Shown: positions 9,050 to 18,271 of the stretch, in pieces
Position numbering within the stretch: position 1 is the first letter of the stretch
How the letters are laid out: each line of letters opens with the position of its first letter
Source of the DNA: a virus
Lineage: Duplodnaviria > Caudoviricetes
DNA: 56,806 nucleotides
Virus record (IMG/VR): IMGVR_UViG_3300017989_000017
Coordinates: 1-56,806 of that record
Direction: 5' to 3' (one strand)
Notes under the pieces: model-generated
Seen by the model: the letters and a program-made list of their open reading frames with translations, nothing else
Databases searched by the model: none
Told to the model about the DNA's origin: nothing
Translations under genes and position numbers: made by a program

Positions 9050-12000
9050 AGCACGTTGTCGCAGTCAGGCCGCGGAACTGGTTCGACGTCGAGATCGAGC
9101 GTGACATCGTCTCGTGGCGCGAGGGACTCAAGGTCGCCGACCTCCACCCGACCGCCGATCACGCGAAGGCAATCTTCCGAATCGGTGGACGCATCGCCGA
9201 GCCCGACGAGGACGTCCTCCCCGGCGACGTCGTGATGTGCATCGAGTCGCCCGGCGACCCGGTGTCGGCCGTGACCTGGCTCTTCACGAAGGCGATCGAG
9301 ATCGCGATCTACGCGGCGGTCGGCGCGCTGGTCTCGAAGCTGATCGGCAAGCCCGACCCGCCGAAGGCGATCGGCGACGACTCGAAGCCCTCGGAGTCGT
9401 TCACGTTCGGCGGAACGCGAACGCTCTACTCCGGGGTCGGCGTCCCGCTCCCCGTCATCTACGGCGAGCGAGCCGTCGGGGGCATCGTGATCGGGCAGCG
9501 CGTCGTGGCGACCGGATCCCCGCAGCCGCAGCAGTTCCTCACGCTGACGCTCGCGCTCTCCTGGGGCGAGGTCGAGTCGATCGCTGGCATCACGGAGGAC
9601 CGCGACAACATCGCCGGCAGCAAGCTGCCGAAGTCGATCCTGATCAACGAGAACCCGATCACCGAGTACGAGGGCGTCGAGCTGGACGTGCGGATGGGCA
9701 CGCCGGATCAGGAGCCGATCCCCGGCGCTCCCACGACCGCGGTCATCTCGGAGATCGGCCTGCCGCTGACGAACAACCACATCGACGACGGCCTCGCGGC
9801 GGTGACCGACTGGACGAACGCAGTCACGTACACGATGCCCGAGGCGGGCGACGGCGTGCTGCTGAACTTCGGCTTCCCCCTCGGCCTCTACAAGCAGGGC
9901 GGCGCTTCGCTTCTCGCGGAGAAGGTCGAGCTGCAGATCCGGTACCGCGCGCTCGATGGCGGCGGGTCTCCGACCGGCGACTACTTCCCCGGCGGTTCGG
10001 CTTCGCCGGAGGATGGGATCGCGTTCGACGTCGAGCGCGCGCTGCTCTCGCCGTTCAGCGAGTCGTTCTTCCTGCCGCTGTACGACCCTGCGCTCGGCCC
10101 GGCGCTCCTGGTACCCGAAGGCATCTTCTTCAACTCGTTCATCTCCAGCGGGGTGACGCAGGGCTACAACGCCGGCAGCGACCTCGACACCACCTGGCCG
10201 CTGGAGGGGCAGAACGTCGAGAAGCTCTCGATCGAGATGTGGGTGCAGCTGACTGGCTCGAACGTCTCCGGCGTCTTCGAGTCGGTGCTCATGCACATCA
10301 CCGACGATCTCGCTGGCGCGCTGAACTCGTTCCAGGGCCAGGATCCCGACGCGAACGCAGGCCCGGCGGCGTTCACTGGCCTCGGCATCTACGATCGCTC
10401 GGTGGGGCAGAACAAGGTGATCGGTTTCTACTGGGGCGACGGCGTCGGCCTCGGTGAGGACACCGGCTGGGTTCGATGCGAGGCGAGCGACTTCATCGTC
10501 GACTGCCCGGAGGGGACGTTCCTCCCCGACGACTACCAGGAGCAGGTGAACGGCCAGACCTCCGGCTTCAACGAGAAGGTCCAGGTCTTCATCACCTACG
10601 AGCGGGACTTCGATGGCAGCGGCAACAACCGCGGGCGCATCTACATGAACGGCACGCTGCAGGCCGAAACGATCTCGACGATCGAGTTCAAGTGGCCTGC
10701 GAACGCCGACCTTCCTGCTGCGAGCACCGGCGCTGGGCCCGTCGTGATCAACTCCGTCGGCGGCCAGGGGATCCGCTTCAAGGTCTACAGCGGCCGCCGC
10801 ATCTACGACCGCGTCGTGATCTACAACGACGTCATCGAGTCCGACGCCATCTTCTTCAAGTACAGCAGCGCCTCGATCCCCGATCTCGCGAACGAGGACG
10901 TCGAGGCGTGGTGGGAGATGGACACGCCCGACGTCCAAGACATCGGCGGCAGCCAGCAGCGCCTGCTCGACCGTTCGGGCAACGGGCACTCGATGCGGTT
11001 CTACAACTCGTCGACGGGCGGCACGTTCCAGTACTACACCGCGTCGTTTGGCCCGAACCTTGGTGCCGGCGCCGGCTGGTCCTCTGGAGATTGGCCCGAC
11101 AGCACGATCGGCGGATCGCTCGGGATCGGTAACGTGCGCGGCCTCACCGGTTCTGCGCAGCCGTTCGCCGGGTCCCCGCTTCGCGGTCGGTACGCGATCG
11201 AGGTGCAGCGGGTGGACCTGGTCGAGAACGCCGACGACCTCGCGGACAAGGTCGAGCTTTCGACGGCGTCGGTGATCTCGACGACGGAGTTCTCCTACCC
11301 GAAGGTCGCGGTCGTCTCGATCCGCCTGCCGGCGCAGGACCAACTCTCGAACCTGCGGCCCAACATCTCGATCCCGGTGCGCGGCCTGCGCGTCAACGTG
11401 TGGGATGGCGTCGACGAAGACGCGCCGGTCTTCAACAAGATCTGGACGCGGAACAACGCGTGGATCGCGCTCGACATGCTGACGAACCCGCTCGTCGGGC
11501 TCGACCAGTTCTTCTCGATCGACCAGTCGCCCGTACTGCCGAAGTTCCTCGCCTGGGCGGAACATTGCGCCTTCAACGTCAGCAACCAGTCCGAGGTGTG
11601 GTCGCCGGCGCCCTCGGGATCGGGCTACGTCACGGAGATGCGCTGGGTCGCCGGCGTGCCGAACCGGCTGATCTTCACGGTGACGAACGTCAACAGCGAC
11701 CCGGCGGTGAAGGCCGTGCCGGTCGGCTGGAACAACAGCACGACGCAGGTGACCGTCTCAGGCATCCCCGCGGCCCAGGTCGCGCAGGGGTGGCCGAACG
11801 ACTTCACCGCCGACCTACTCTCCGTCGATCCGTCTGGGAACATCCAGTCGATCGAGTTCGACCTCGCCGACATCGGCAACCCGACGATCCTCGATCCGCC
11901 CGGCCCGTCGATCCTCCTGCCCGAGGCGACGTTCACGGCGGGCACTGCGGTCGAGCCGCGGCACGAAGCCGACGTTGTGCTCGACGCCGAGAACCAGAGC

Positions 12001-14109
12001 GCGTGGGACGCCATCGTGCAGGTCGCGCACGCCGGGCGCGCGTCGCTCTTCCGTGTCGGCAACCGCGTCTCCGTTGCGATCCAGAATATCCGCGAGCCGG
12101 TGCAGATGTTCAGCGACGCGAACATCATCCCGGGTACGCTGACGACGTCCTCGATCGCGGCCGACGAGGAGTTCAACTCGGTCGGCTACACGTTCCCGAA
12201 CCGGAACAAGCAGTACCGCTCGGACTCGCTACCGGTCGACGACACGGGGCTGAACAACGCGTCGACCGATCGCCGCGTGACGCGTGCGCTCTCCTCGTCG
12301 GTCGTCACACGCCCCTCAGAGATCCGCCGTGCGGGTCGCTTCGCCATCAACGCGAACCAGCTCACGCGCCAGTGGGTCGAGTTCGAGACGCTGGCCGAGG
12401 CGCTCGCGGTCGAGCCTGGTGACGTCTTCCTCCTCTCCGCTGCCCGCCCCGCGCTCGGATTCGCAGGCAGGCTCCCGGCGATCGCCGGCGGCACGACGTT
12501 CACGCTCGACGTGCCCGTCACGCTCCAGCCGACCGAGAGCTACAAGGCCGCGCTGCAGACGCAGGACGGCTCGATCTTCGTCGCCAACGTCGTGACGGCG
12601 GCCGGTTCCTACGAGGCCGGCGACACGATCACCCTGGACGCGGTCATCACCTCGGGCGGTGGCGGCGTCGCGCTCGCCGACGCGCACTGGGCGATCGGCT
12701 CGACCGACGAGGTGACGCGCGAGTTCCAGGTCGTCGCGGTCGAGATGACGATCGACCTCCGGTTCAAGATCCGGGCGGCGGCCTACTACGACGAGGTCTA
12801 CGACGAGACCGGGTTCCCCGACCTCCCCGACGAGTCCGGCTCGGAGCTGTACGACCCGTCCGAGGTCTCGATGCCGCCCCCGCTGCAGTCGGTCGCGGTC
12901 GAGGAGGCCGCGGGCCCGTCGAGCTTCGGCACCTCCGGCTCCGAGGGGCTCCTGGTGAGCGTCCAGCGGGCCCCCAGCGACAACCTCTCGGCCGCGGCCG
13001 GGGACGTCCAGGTGTTCGCCCGCCGGGCCTCGGGGGGCGGCGTGGGGCAGCCCCTCCCCTGGTCGGCCGTCGGGACCATCCCCGCCGGCAGCAACCTGGG
13101 CACGTTCCCCCTCCCGGGCGGCTCCTGGGCCCCTGGCGACGTCGTCGAGGTGGCAGCGTCCCACAGGGGCCTCGCTGGAGCGTCCCTGGGGCCGCTCAGG
13201 GCCCGCAAAGCCCGCGTGGTCCTCACGGGCCGCGGACCGGCCCCGAGCGCACCACGGGGCCTTGAGGCGCGTCAGACGGGGACCTCCGTGCTCTACCGCG
13301 TCACCGAGCCGACCTCGACGGAGCGCGCGCGGCCCGTTCGGACCGAGGTCCGCGCCGGCGGCTGGAAGCTCGGGCAGCACATCGCGACCCTCGTCCCCGG
13401 CGAGTGGAGCCGCCCCACCGACGCCTGGCTCTCCCTCCCGACGTCCTCCCAGAGCCGCACGGCACCGAAGCTGGTCGTCAGGCACGAGTACGCGAACGGG
13501 CAGTTCAGCGAGGCGATCGTCAGCCGACCGACCTTCACGGCTCCGGGCACGACGCTGAAGGAGGACTCGTTCGAGGACGGGCCCTGGAACAGCGTGACCG
13601 GCGACTCGGGTAGCGTGGCGCTCAGCGAGCTGGAGAACGAGACGCAGATCGACGGCGACGAGGTGCTGCGCTTCACGGACGCGAGCACCTCGACGGTCGG
13701 CACCTGGACCTCGCCCGAGTACGACCTCGGCTCGCGTCAGCAGGTCGCGGTGTTCTGGTACATCGAGGGCTCGCAGATCCACCCGATCAGCCTGCAGGAG
13801 TTCACCGAGCCGTTCAGCGGACGCGGGCCGGTGCGCGACTGGTCGGTCGAGGGCCCGCTGTCGGACTACCCCGACATCCCGACGCAGTACCAGGGCGACG
13901 TCGAGCTGACGCTGGAGATCGCGTTCAGCGACACCGCGACGCCGGGCACCGACTGGCAGGAGTATCGGCCGGGTCTCTACACCGGGCGCTCGTTCGCGTT
14001 CCGCATCTCGATCGAGCGACCGAGCGAGGACTGGAACGTCGAGGTCTGGCGCGGCGCGTTCCGCATCACCGAGCCGGCGCAGGTCGTCACCTTCGGGGGG
14101 AGCTTCTGA
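9046..14109 (+). CDS. Central tail tip/host-specificity protein J, with N-terminal gpI-like region and LamG insertion
   Basis: ATG at 9046 overlaps the upstream stop (ATGA); LPVIYGER.VGG, YPKVA, WTRNNAWIALDML, FSDANI, VEPGDVF motifs. Confidence 0.88.
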   Translation: MKHVVAVRPRNWFDVEIERDIVSWREGLKVADLHPTADHAKAIFRIGGRIAEPDEDVLPGDVVMCIESPGDPVSAVTWLFTKAIEIAIYAAVGALVSKLIGKPDPPKAIGDDSKPSESFTFGGTRTLYSGVGVPLPVIYGERAVGGIVIGQRVVATGSPQPQQFLTLTLALSWGEVESIAGITEDRDNIAGSKLPKSILINENPITEYEGVELDVRMGTPDQEPIPGAPTTAVISEIGLPLTNNHIDDGLAAVTDWTNAVTYTMPEAGDGVLLNFGFPLGLYKQGGASLLAEKVELQIRYRALDGGGSPTGDYFPGGSASPEDGIAFDVERALLSPFSESFFLPLYDPALGPALLVPEGIFFNSFISSGVTQGYNAGSDLDTTWPLEGQNVEKLSIEMWVQLTGSNVSGVFESVLMHITDDLAGALNSFQGQDPDANAGPAAFTGLGIYDRSVGQNKVIGFYWGDGVGLGEDTGWVRCEASDFIVDCPEGTFLPDDYQEQVNGQTSGFNEKVQVFITYERDFDGSGNNRGRIYMNGTLQAETISTIEFKWPANADLPAASTGAGPVVINSVGGQGIRFKVYSGRRIYDRVVIYNDVIESDAIFFKYSSASIPDLANEDVEAWWEMDTPDVQDIGGSQQRLLDRSGNGHSMRFYNSSTGGTFQYYTASFGPNLGAGAGWSSGDWPDSTIGGSLGIGNVRGLTGSAQPFAGSPLRGRYAIEVQRVDLVENADDLADKVELSTASVISTTEFSYPKVAVVSIRLPAQDQLSNLRPNISIPVRGLRVNVWDGVDEDAPVFNKIWTRNNAWIALDMLTNPLVGLDQFFSIDQSPVLPKFLAWAEHCAFNVSNQSEVWSPAPSGSGYVTEMRWVAGVPNRLIFTVTNVNSDPAVKAVPVGWNNSTTQVTVSGIPAAQVAQGWPNDFTADLLSVDPSGNIQSIEFDLADIGNPTILDPPGPSILLPEATFTAGTAVEPRHEADVVLDAENQSAWDAIVQVAHAGRASLFRVGNRVSVAIQNIREPVQMFSDANIIPGTLTTSSIAADEEFNSVGYTFPNRNKQYRSDSLPVDDTGLNNASTDRRVTRALSSSVVTRPSEIRRAGRFAINANQLTRQWVEFETLAEALAVEPGDVFLLSAARPALGFAGRLPAIAGGTTFTLDVPVTLQPTESYKAALQTQDGSIFVANVVTAAGSYEAGDTITLDAVITSGGGGVALADAHWAIGSTDEVTREFQVVAVEMTIDLRFKIRAAAYYDEVYDETGFPDLPDESGSELYDPSEVSMPPPLQSVAVEEAAGPSSFGTSGSEGLLVSVQRAPSDNLSAAAGDVQVFARRASGGGVGQPLPWSAVGTIPAGSNLGTFPLPGGSWAPGDVVEVAASHRGLAGASLGPLRARKARVVLTGRGPAPSAPRGLEARQTGTSVLYRVTEPTSTERARPVRTEVRAGGWKLGQHIATLVPGEWSRPTDAWLSLPTSSQSRTAPKLVVRHEYANGQFSEAIVSRPTFTAPGTTLKEDSFEDGPWNSVTGDSGSVALSELENETQIDGDEVLRFTDASTSTVGTWTSPEYDLGSRQQVAVFWYIEGSQIHPISLQEFTEPFSGRGPVRDWSVEGPLSDYPDIPTQYQGDVELTLEIAFSDTATPGTDWQEYRPGLYTGRSFAFRISIERPSEDWNVEVWRGAFRITEPAQVVTFGGSF

Positions 14110-14714
14110 TGGGCGGGCGCGACTACGACGGCCAGGTCATCCATCGGCACCGCACGGGCGACAGCGCGGATCGTACCTCGATCACGCCGCTGAACGGCGA
14201 GCTGATCGTGACGCAGGACGGACCGAGCCCGCGCGTCTGGGCGCAGGGCGACACGCCGATCGCGGGCGGCTATCTCGTCGGCCCGGCAGGCAAGTGCTAC
14301 GTCCACCAGTCGGCGAACCAGGATATCGGCACGTTCACGGCGTTCCCGTGGAACCAGCAGCGCACGGTCACGCCGGAGTTCACGCACTCGACGTCGACGA
14401 GCAACAGCGAGGTGACGGTCGAGGAGGACGGCGAGTACAACATCGAGGCGAACCTGTCCCTGCTCTTCGTAAACGCGACGACGTTCGAGATCGACATCCA
14501 GCGTTACAACGGCTCGTCGTGGAACACGCTGCCCGGCGGCAAGGCGATCGTCAGCGGCGCTGCGTCGTCCTCGGCCAACCTCCACGCCGTTGTCAGCGTC
14601 GGGCTCCTGGCGACCTGGAAGATCCGCGTGCTCGCGTTCAACTTCCTCTTCGCCACGGGCAACACGACTGTCTACGGCACGTTCGGCAACCTGAACATCA
14701 CACGCATTCGATGA
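14109..14714 (+). CDS. Tail fibre-associated protein, C1q/TNF-like beta sandwich
   Basis: N-terminal GELIVTQD motif; VTVEEDGEYNIEANL and NLNITRI strands; position after J. Confidence 0.5.
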   Translation: MGGRDYDGQVIHRHRTGDSADRTSITPLNGELIVTQDGPSPRVWAQGDTPIAGGYLVGPAGKCYVHQSANQDIGTFTAFPWNQQRTVTPEFTHSTSTSNSEVTVEEDGEYNIEANLSLLFVNATTFEIDIQRYNGSSWNTLPGGKAIVSGAASSSANLHAVVSVGLLATWKIRVLAFNFLFATGNTTVYGTFGNLNITRIR

Positions 14715-15637
14715 ACCGAAACACCCTGGCCGCCTGCGCGGCCTTCACCCTTGCGTTCCTGATCCCCATGAGCACCTTCCCCCTGTCCGACGCGCAGCCC
14801 GAGGTTGCCGTTTCGAAGCTGGCCCGCGAACTGAACCAGCGGGCGAACGCCGTGCGCTCGAACGAGGCGGCGACGTCGTTCCCCACCAACCCCGTCGCGG
14901 GGCAGTTCGCGTACCGCACCGACCTCGGGTGGGTGTACCAGCGGAACAGCGCGAACACGGCGTGGATCGCGATGTGGGAACTCGACAACGGCCCGCGCGC
15001 GCCCGAGTACTTCTACGAGTCGAGCATCAGCGACAGCGAGTGGGTGAGCACGACCGAGGTCGCGGTCTCGCCTGGTGGCGGCGCTGAGACCGAAGGTGTC
15101 GACGTCGTCGTGTTCGTGAACAAGCTCGGCGCGCAGAACTTCGACGTGAAGCTGAACGACGACGCCGATTGGAACGGGCGCAACGCGCGCATCGTCCACG
15201 GCCAGGGGCTGAACCAGTACTACATCGACGTCCTGAACGAGAGTGACGACTCCCAGATCGTCCGGCTTCACTACCCCGGCGAGTGGATCGAGCTTCAGAA
15301 CGTCGCCGGCGGATGGACGCCCGTCGCCTGGAAGCTCAACGGCTTCAAGGAGATCACGGCCGACGAGTCGCCGTGGCTCTCGACGAACTGGTGGGTCACG
15401 CGTTGGTTCTGCGACGCGAGCGGAGGAGCTTTCAACGTCACGCTGAACGACCCGAGCAATATCACGACGATCGCCGAGACGCCGCTCTACTACAAGAACG
15501 TCGGCAGCTCGAACAACGTCACGCTCACGACGAGCGGGAACCTGATCAACGGCAGCACGAGCACGCACGTTCTCACGCCGGGCGACTCTGTGACTCTGAT
15601 CCCGGATCCGGCGGCGGGCGTCTACTACACGTTCTAG
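14711..15637 (+). CDS. Putative tail fibre/minor structural protein
   Basis: ATGA overlap; SFPTNPVAGQFAYRTD...W fibre motif; DASGGAFNVTL...NVTL...INGS motifs. Confidence 0.6.
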   Translation: MNRNTLAACAAFTLAFLIPMSTFPLSDAQPEVAVSKLARELNQRANAVRSNEAATSFPTNPVAGQFAYRTDLGWVYQRNSANTAWIAMWELDNGPRAPEYFYESSISDSEWVSTTEVAVSPGGGAETEGVDVVVFVNKLGAQNFDVKLNDDADWNGRNARIVHGQGLNQYYIDVLNESDDSQIVRLHYPGEWIELQNVAGGWTPVAWKLNGFKEITADESPWLSTNWWVTRWFCDASGGAFNVTLNDPSNITTIAETPLYYKNVGSSNNVTLTTSGNLINGSTSTHVLTPGDSVTLIPDPAAGVYYTF

Positions 15638-15643
15638 GCACCA

Positions 15644-16126
15644 ATGGACCTCAGGGAGCTAGCGGATATGGCTTCGGAGGAGTACCGCGCGACACGAGAG
15701 GATCGCGCGATGCTCTACGCTGCTTTGGACGCGCTCCCTGTCCCTTTCTGGATCAAGGAGCCCGACGAGAGAGACGGGCGCATGGTTTGGATCAACAACG
15801 CATATTCCCTGCGTTGGGCTGTCCCAAAGGAAAAATACGTTGGCGCTCGTGACTCTGAGGTCTGGGGTGCCGAGCTTGCCCTAACATTTGCAAGGAATGA
15901 CATGGCTGCACTCGAAGCTTCCCCGCGGCCCTACTTCACCGAAGAGCCTGTCCCCGAAGTGCCTGGTGACCCCCTGGAGGGTGCCCCGATCTGGCAGATC
16001 ATCAAGCAGTCCATCGAGTGGAAGGATCGCAGCTGTGTCGTGGGCATCGCCGTATTCGGCGGCGACGCTGCGCGGATGGTCGCGAAGCTCGGTGCCGTGT
16101 ACGGGGCAGGCGGTGAAACGCGATGA
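15644..16126 (+). CDS. Stand-alone PAS-domain protein
   Basis: LDALPVPFWIK...DGRMVWINNAY...YVGARDSEVW...FARND..ALE...EEPV...WQIIK...VVGIAV matches the PAS_4/PAC pattern. Confidence 0.8.
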   Translation: MDLRELADMASEEYRATREDRAMLYAALDALPVPFWIKEPDERDGRMVWINNAYSLRWAVPKEKYVGARDSEVWGAELALTFARNDMAALEASPRPYFTEEPVPEVPGDPLEGAPIWQIIKQSIEWKDRSCVVGIAVFGGDAARMVAKLGAVYGAGGETR

Positions 16127-16494
16127 CCGAGGATGTGAAGCTCGTCGAGCAGCTCTTCACCAGACTGGCTGCGGAAATCACGTCACTGCGCGAGGGCCTT
16201 ACGGACGTTCGCGAGACGATGATCCGAATCGAATCCGACGTTCAGGTTCAGGCTCGCATGGCAACACAGGTAGAGAAAGTCTTCGAGCGCGTGGAGGAGA
16301 TCTCTCGCTGGCGCGCTGCGGCTGAACCCGAGATGGCGAGGCTTCGCGTGGACCTGGACGAGATGCGCGAGGAGCGCGACGAGGCCCGCGCTGACGTTCG
16401 CAAGATGATGCTCGGCGTCCTCGGCTCGATTCTCGCGACGGGCGTCATGGGTGGGCTCTTGCTATGGATGAAGTTCGGAAATGGCGCCGGGTAA
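16123..16494 (+). CDS. Coiled-coil protein with C-terminal TM helix (holin-like or accessory lysis protein)
   Basis: Heptad-rich body; hydrophobic MLGVLGSILATGVMGGLLLWM; position after the fibres. Confidence 0.5.
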   Translation: MTEDVKLVEQLFTRLAAEITSLREGLTDVRETMIRIESDVQVQARMATQVEKVFERVEEISRWRAAAEPEMARLRVDLDEMREERDEARADVRKMMLGVLGSILATGVMGGLLLWMKFGNGAG

Positions 16495-16838
16495 TCGGAC
16501 GCGCGTCCGTCGCGTTCGCGACGGCCTGGTTCTTAGTGGCCCTGATCGTGGGGCTTTCGTTTGTTCCTAGAGAGACAACCGTAGAGGGAGACATTCGGAT
16601 GTTCCCTGATTACATCGATTGCTGGCAGTACGAAGCCCCGCCCGGGAGTGGAAACAAGGCGTCCACGTGCGTGCTCACGACCTGCGAACCTGACGAGACG
16701 GAGGAGGAGTGCGAAGCGCGCCACGACGCCAAGGTCGCGCGTCGCCAGGCTTCGAAGCCGCCCTGCGCTCCGATGGCTCCGGTGATCATGGGGTCCCCTG
16801 CCCTCGCGCCGATCCAGCCGAGCCGCGAGGGTCGCTAG
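16464..16838 (+). CDS. Membrane-anchored Cys-rich hypothetical protein
   Basis: N-terminal TM (VAFATAWFLVALIVGLSFV) followed by five Cys; start uncertain. Confidence 0.5.
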   Translation: MDEVRKWRRVIGRASVAFATAWFLVALIVGLSFVPRETTVEGDIRMFPDYIDCWQYEAPPGSGNKASTCVLTTCEPDETEEECEARHDAKVARRQASKPPCAPMAPVIMGSPALAPIQPSREGR

Positions 16839-17204
16839 TTGAAACCCGCCGCCGTCATCGTTCTCGTCCTGCTTCCGTCCTGCCACGGGATTCGCGCGGG
16901 GTTCTTCGGCGGCGTCCTCGAGCAGCGCACGCAGCTCGACGATCCGTTCTCCGTAGTCGCTGCCGACGCGAGCGGTCCGTTCTACGGAGCCTTCGCGTCG
17001 TTCCAGCTCACGCCGGATATGCCGCCGGAGCGGTTCGGCGGCAGCGTCATCCTCAATCGACCCGACCCCGATCCGATCGACCCGTACGCGCAGCCCGATG
17101 CGGTCGCGCCGACGTTCGACCCGGCGGGGCCATACGCCATCGCGACGTACATCGCGACCGCGCTCGCGATCGTCGTCAAGGCGATGGGCGGGCGGAAGGA
17201 CTGA
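16839..17204 (+). CDS. Putative lipoprotein with C-terminal TM (unimolecular-spanin-like topology)
   Basis: TTG start; signal peptide ending LLPSC; C-terminal YAIATYIATALAIVV. Confidence 0.45.
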   Translation: MKPAAVIVLVLLPSCHGIRAGFFGGVLEQRTQLDDPFSVVAADASGPFYGAFASFQLTPDMPPERFGGSVILNRPDPDPIDPYAQPDAVAPTFDPAGPYAIATYIATALAIVVKAMGGRKD

Positions 17205-17207
17205 ACC

Positions 17208-17855
17208 ATGAACCGACTGCTGAACACCGTGGCCCTCGTGCCGTTCCTCTTCGCGCCGATCGGGCTCGCGACGAGCTGCCGCGCGCCGTACCCGGCGCAG
17301 GACCCGAACCCCGCCGTCGTCGAAGAGCACGCGAAGCGCACGGCCGAACTGGATGCCGCCTACAGCGCCCTGGAGCTGGCGAGGGCGACGTACGCCGCGA
17401 ACCCGACGGTCGAGACGCGCGCGGCGCTGGACGCCGCCCAGGCCGACTACGACGCGAAGGAGGCGGCGTTCGTCGAGTGGGAGCGGAACTACACCCGCGA
17501 GAAGTGGGGGCCGGTCGCGAGCTTCTTCGCGACGACCCTCGGCACGCTCCACCCCGCGCTCCAGGCTGTCGCGCTCCCTGGCGCTGCCTTCGCGACGAAC
17601 ATCGCTGCAGGCCTCGCGACGCGCCGTGGACGCAAGCACGCGGCGAAGGCGGTGAAGCATTTCACGCCGTGGAAGAACGCCGACGGCACGCCGTTCAAGC
17701 CGGTCGAGGCTGCGGCAGACCTCGCGCGCATGCTCGGCTGGAAGCACAGCTCGGAGGCCACGGAGCTGGTCGCCGACGGGAAGGTGTTCATCACGGCGAA
17801 CCCCGACGCGGAAGTTGCCGGGCCGACGCCTGACAACGCCTCGACGCCGACCTAG
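17208..17855 (+). CDS. Putative lipoprotein, helical/coiled-coil
   Basis: Signal peptide ending LATSC; helical Ala-rich body. Confidence 0.55.
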   Translation: MNRLLNTVALVPFLFAPIGLATSCRAPYPAQDPNPAVVEEHAKRTAELDAAYSALELARATYAANPTVETRAALDAAQADYDAKEAAFVEWERNYTREKWGPVASFFATTLGTLHPALQAVALPGAAFATNIAAGLATRRGRKHAAKAVKHFTPWKNADGTPFKPVEAAADLARMLGWKHSSEATELVADGKVFITANPDAEVAGPTPDNASTPT

Positions 17856-17886
17856 GATCGGGTGGTCAAACGGCCCCGGCCACCCC

Positions 17887-17930
17887 GGCCCCCCACCGAC
17901 TTCTCGGTTCGGTGGGGGGCCTCTTTCGTT
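17887..17930 (+). terminator. Rho-independent terminator between convergent operons
   Basis: 13-bp stem ggccccccaccga/tcggtggggggcc followed by tctttcgtt. Confidence 0.8.
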
Positions 17931-18254
17931 TCACTTCGACGTCCGCCAGAAGCCGGCCATCGGCATCAGCACGCCGTTCCGCTGCCGGTGCCAGTCGAGG
18001 TCGTCGGTCGCCTTGATCGCGACGACCTCTTCGCGGAACTCCTCGCCCTCCATGCGGAGCACGGTGAAGCACGAGACGAACGCGTGCGGGTAGTTCGGCT
18101 TCACGTTCGCCTCGATCTCGTCGGAGTACTCGATCGCCTTGCTGATCACGCGAGCCCGCGCGCTCGCGTCGCCTTCGATGATCAGCTCGTGATGGTGCTC
18201 GGCAGAGTCTCCGGGCGCGGTCGTGATGCAGAGCTTCAGTCGGTGGTGGAACAT
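17931..18254 (-). CDS. Hypothetical protein (107 aa)
   Basis: ATG preceded by gaagagggg; starts MFHHRLKLCIT. Confidence 0.6.
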   Translation of the reverse strand: MFHHRLKLCITTAPGDSAEHHHELIIEGDASARARVISKAIEYSDEIEANVKPNYPHAFVSCFTVLRMEGEEFREEVVAIKATDDLDWHRQRNGVLMPMAGFWRTSK

Positions 18255-18271
18255 GGTCGGCCCCTCTTCGG

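Noticed and set aside
14109-15637. Diversity-generating retroelement or invertible fibre cassette
   Set aside because: No reverse transcriptase, invertase or TR/VR repeat pair seen
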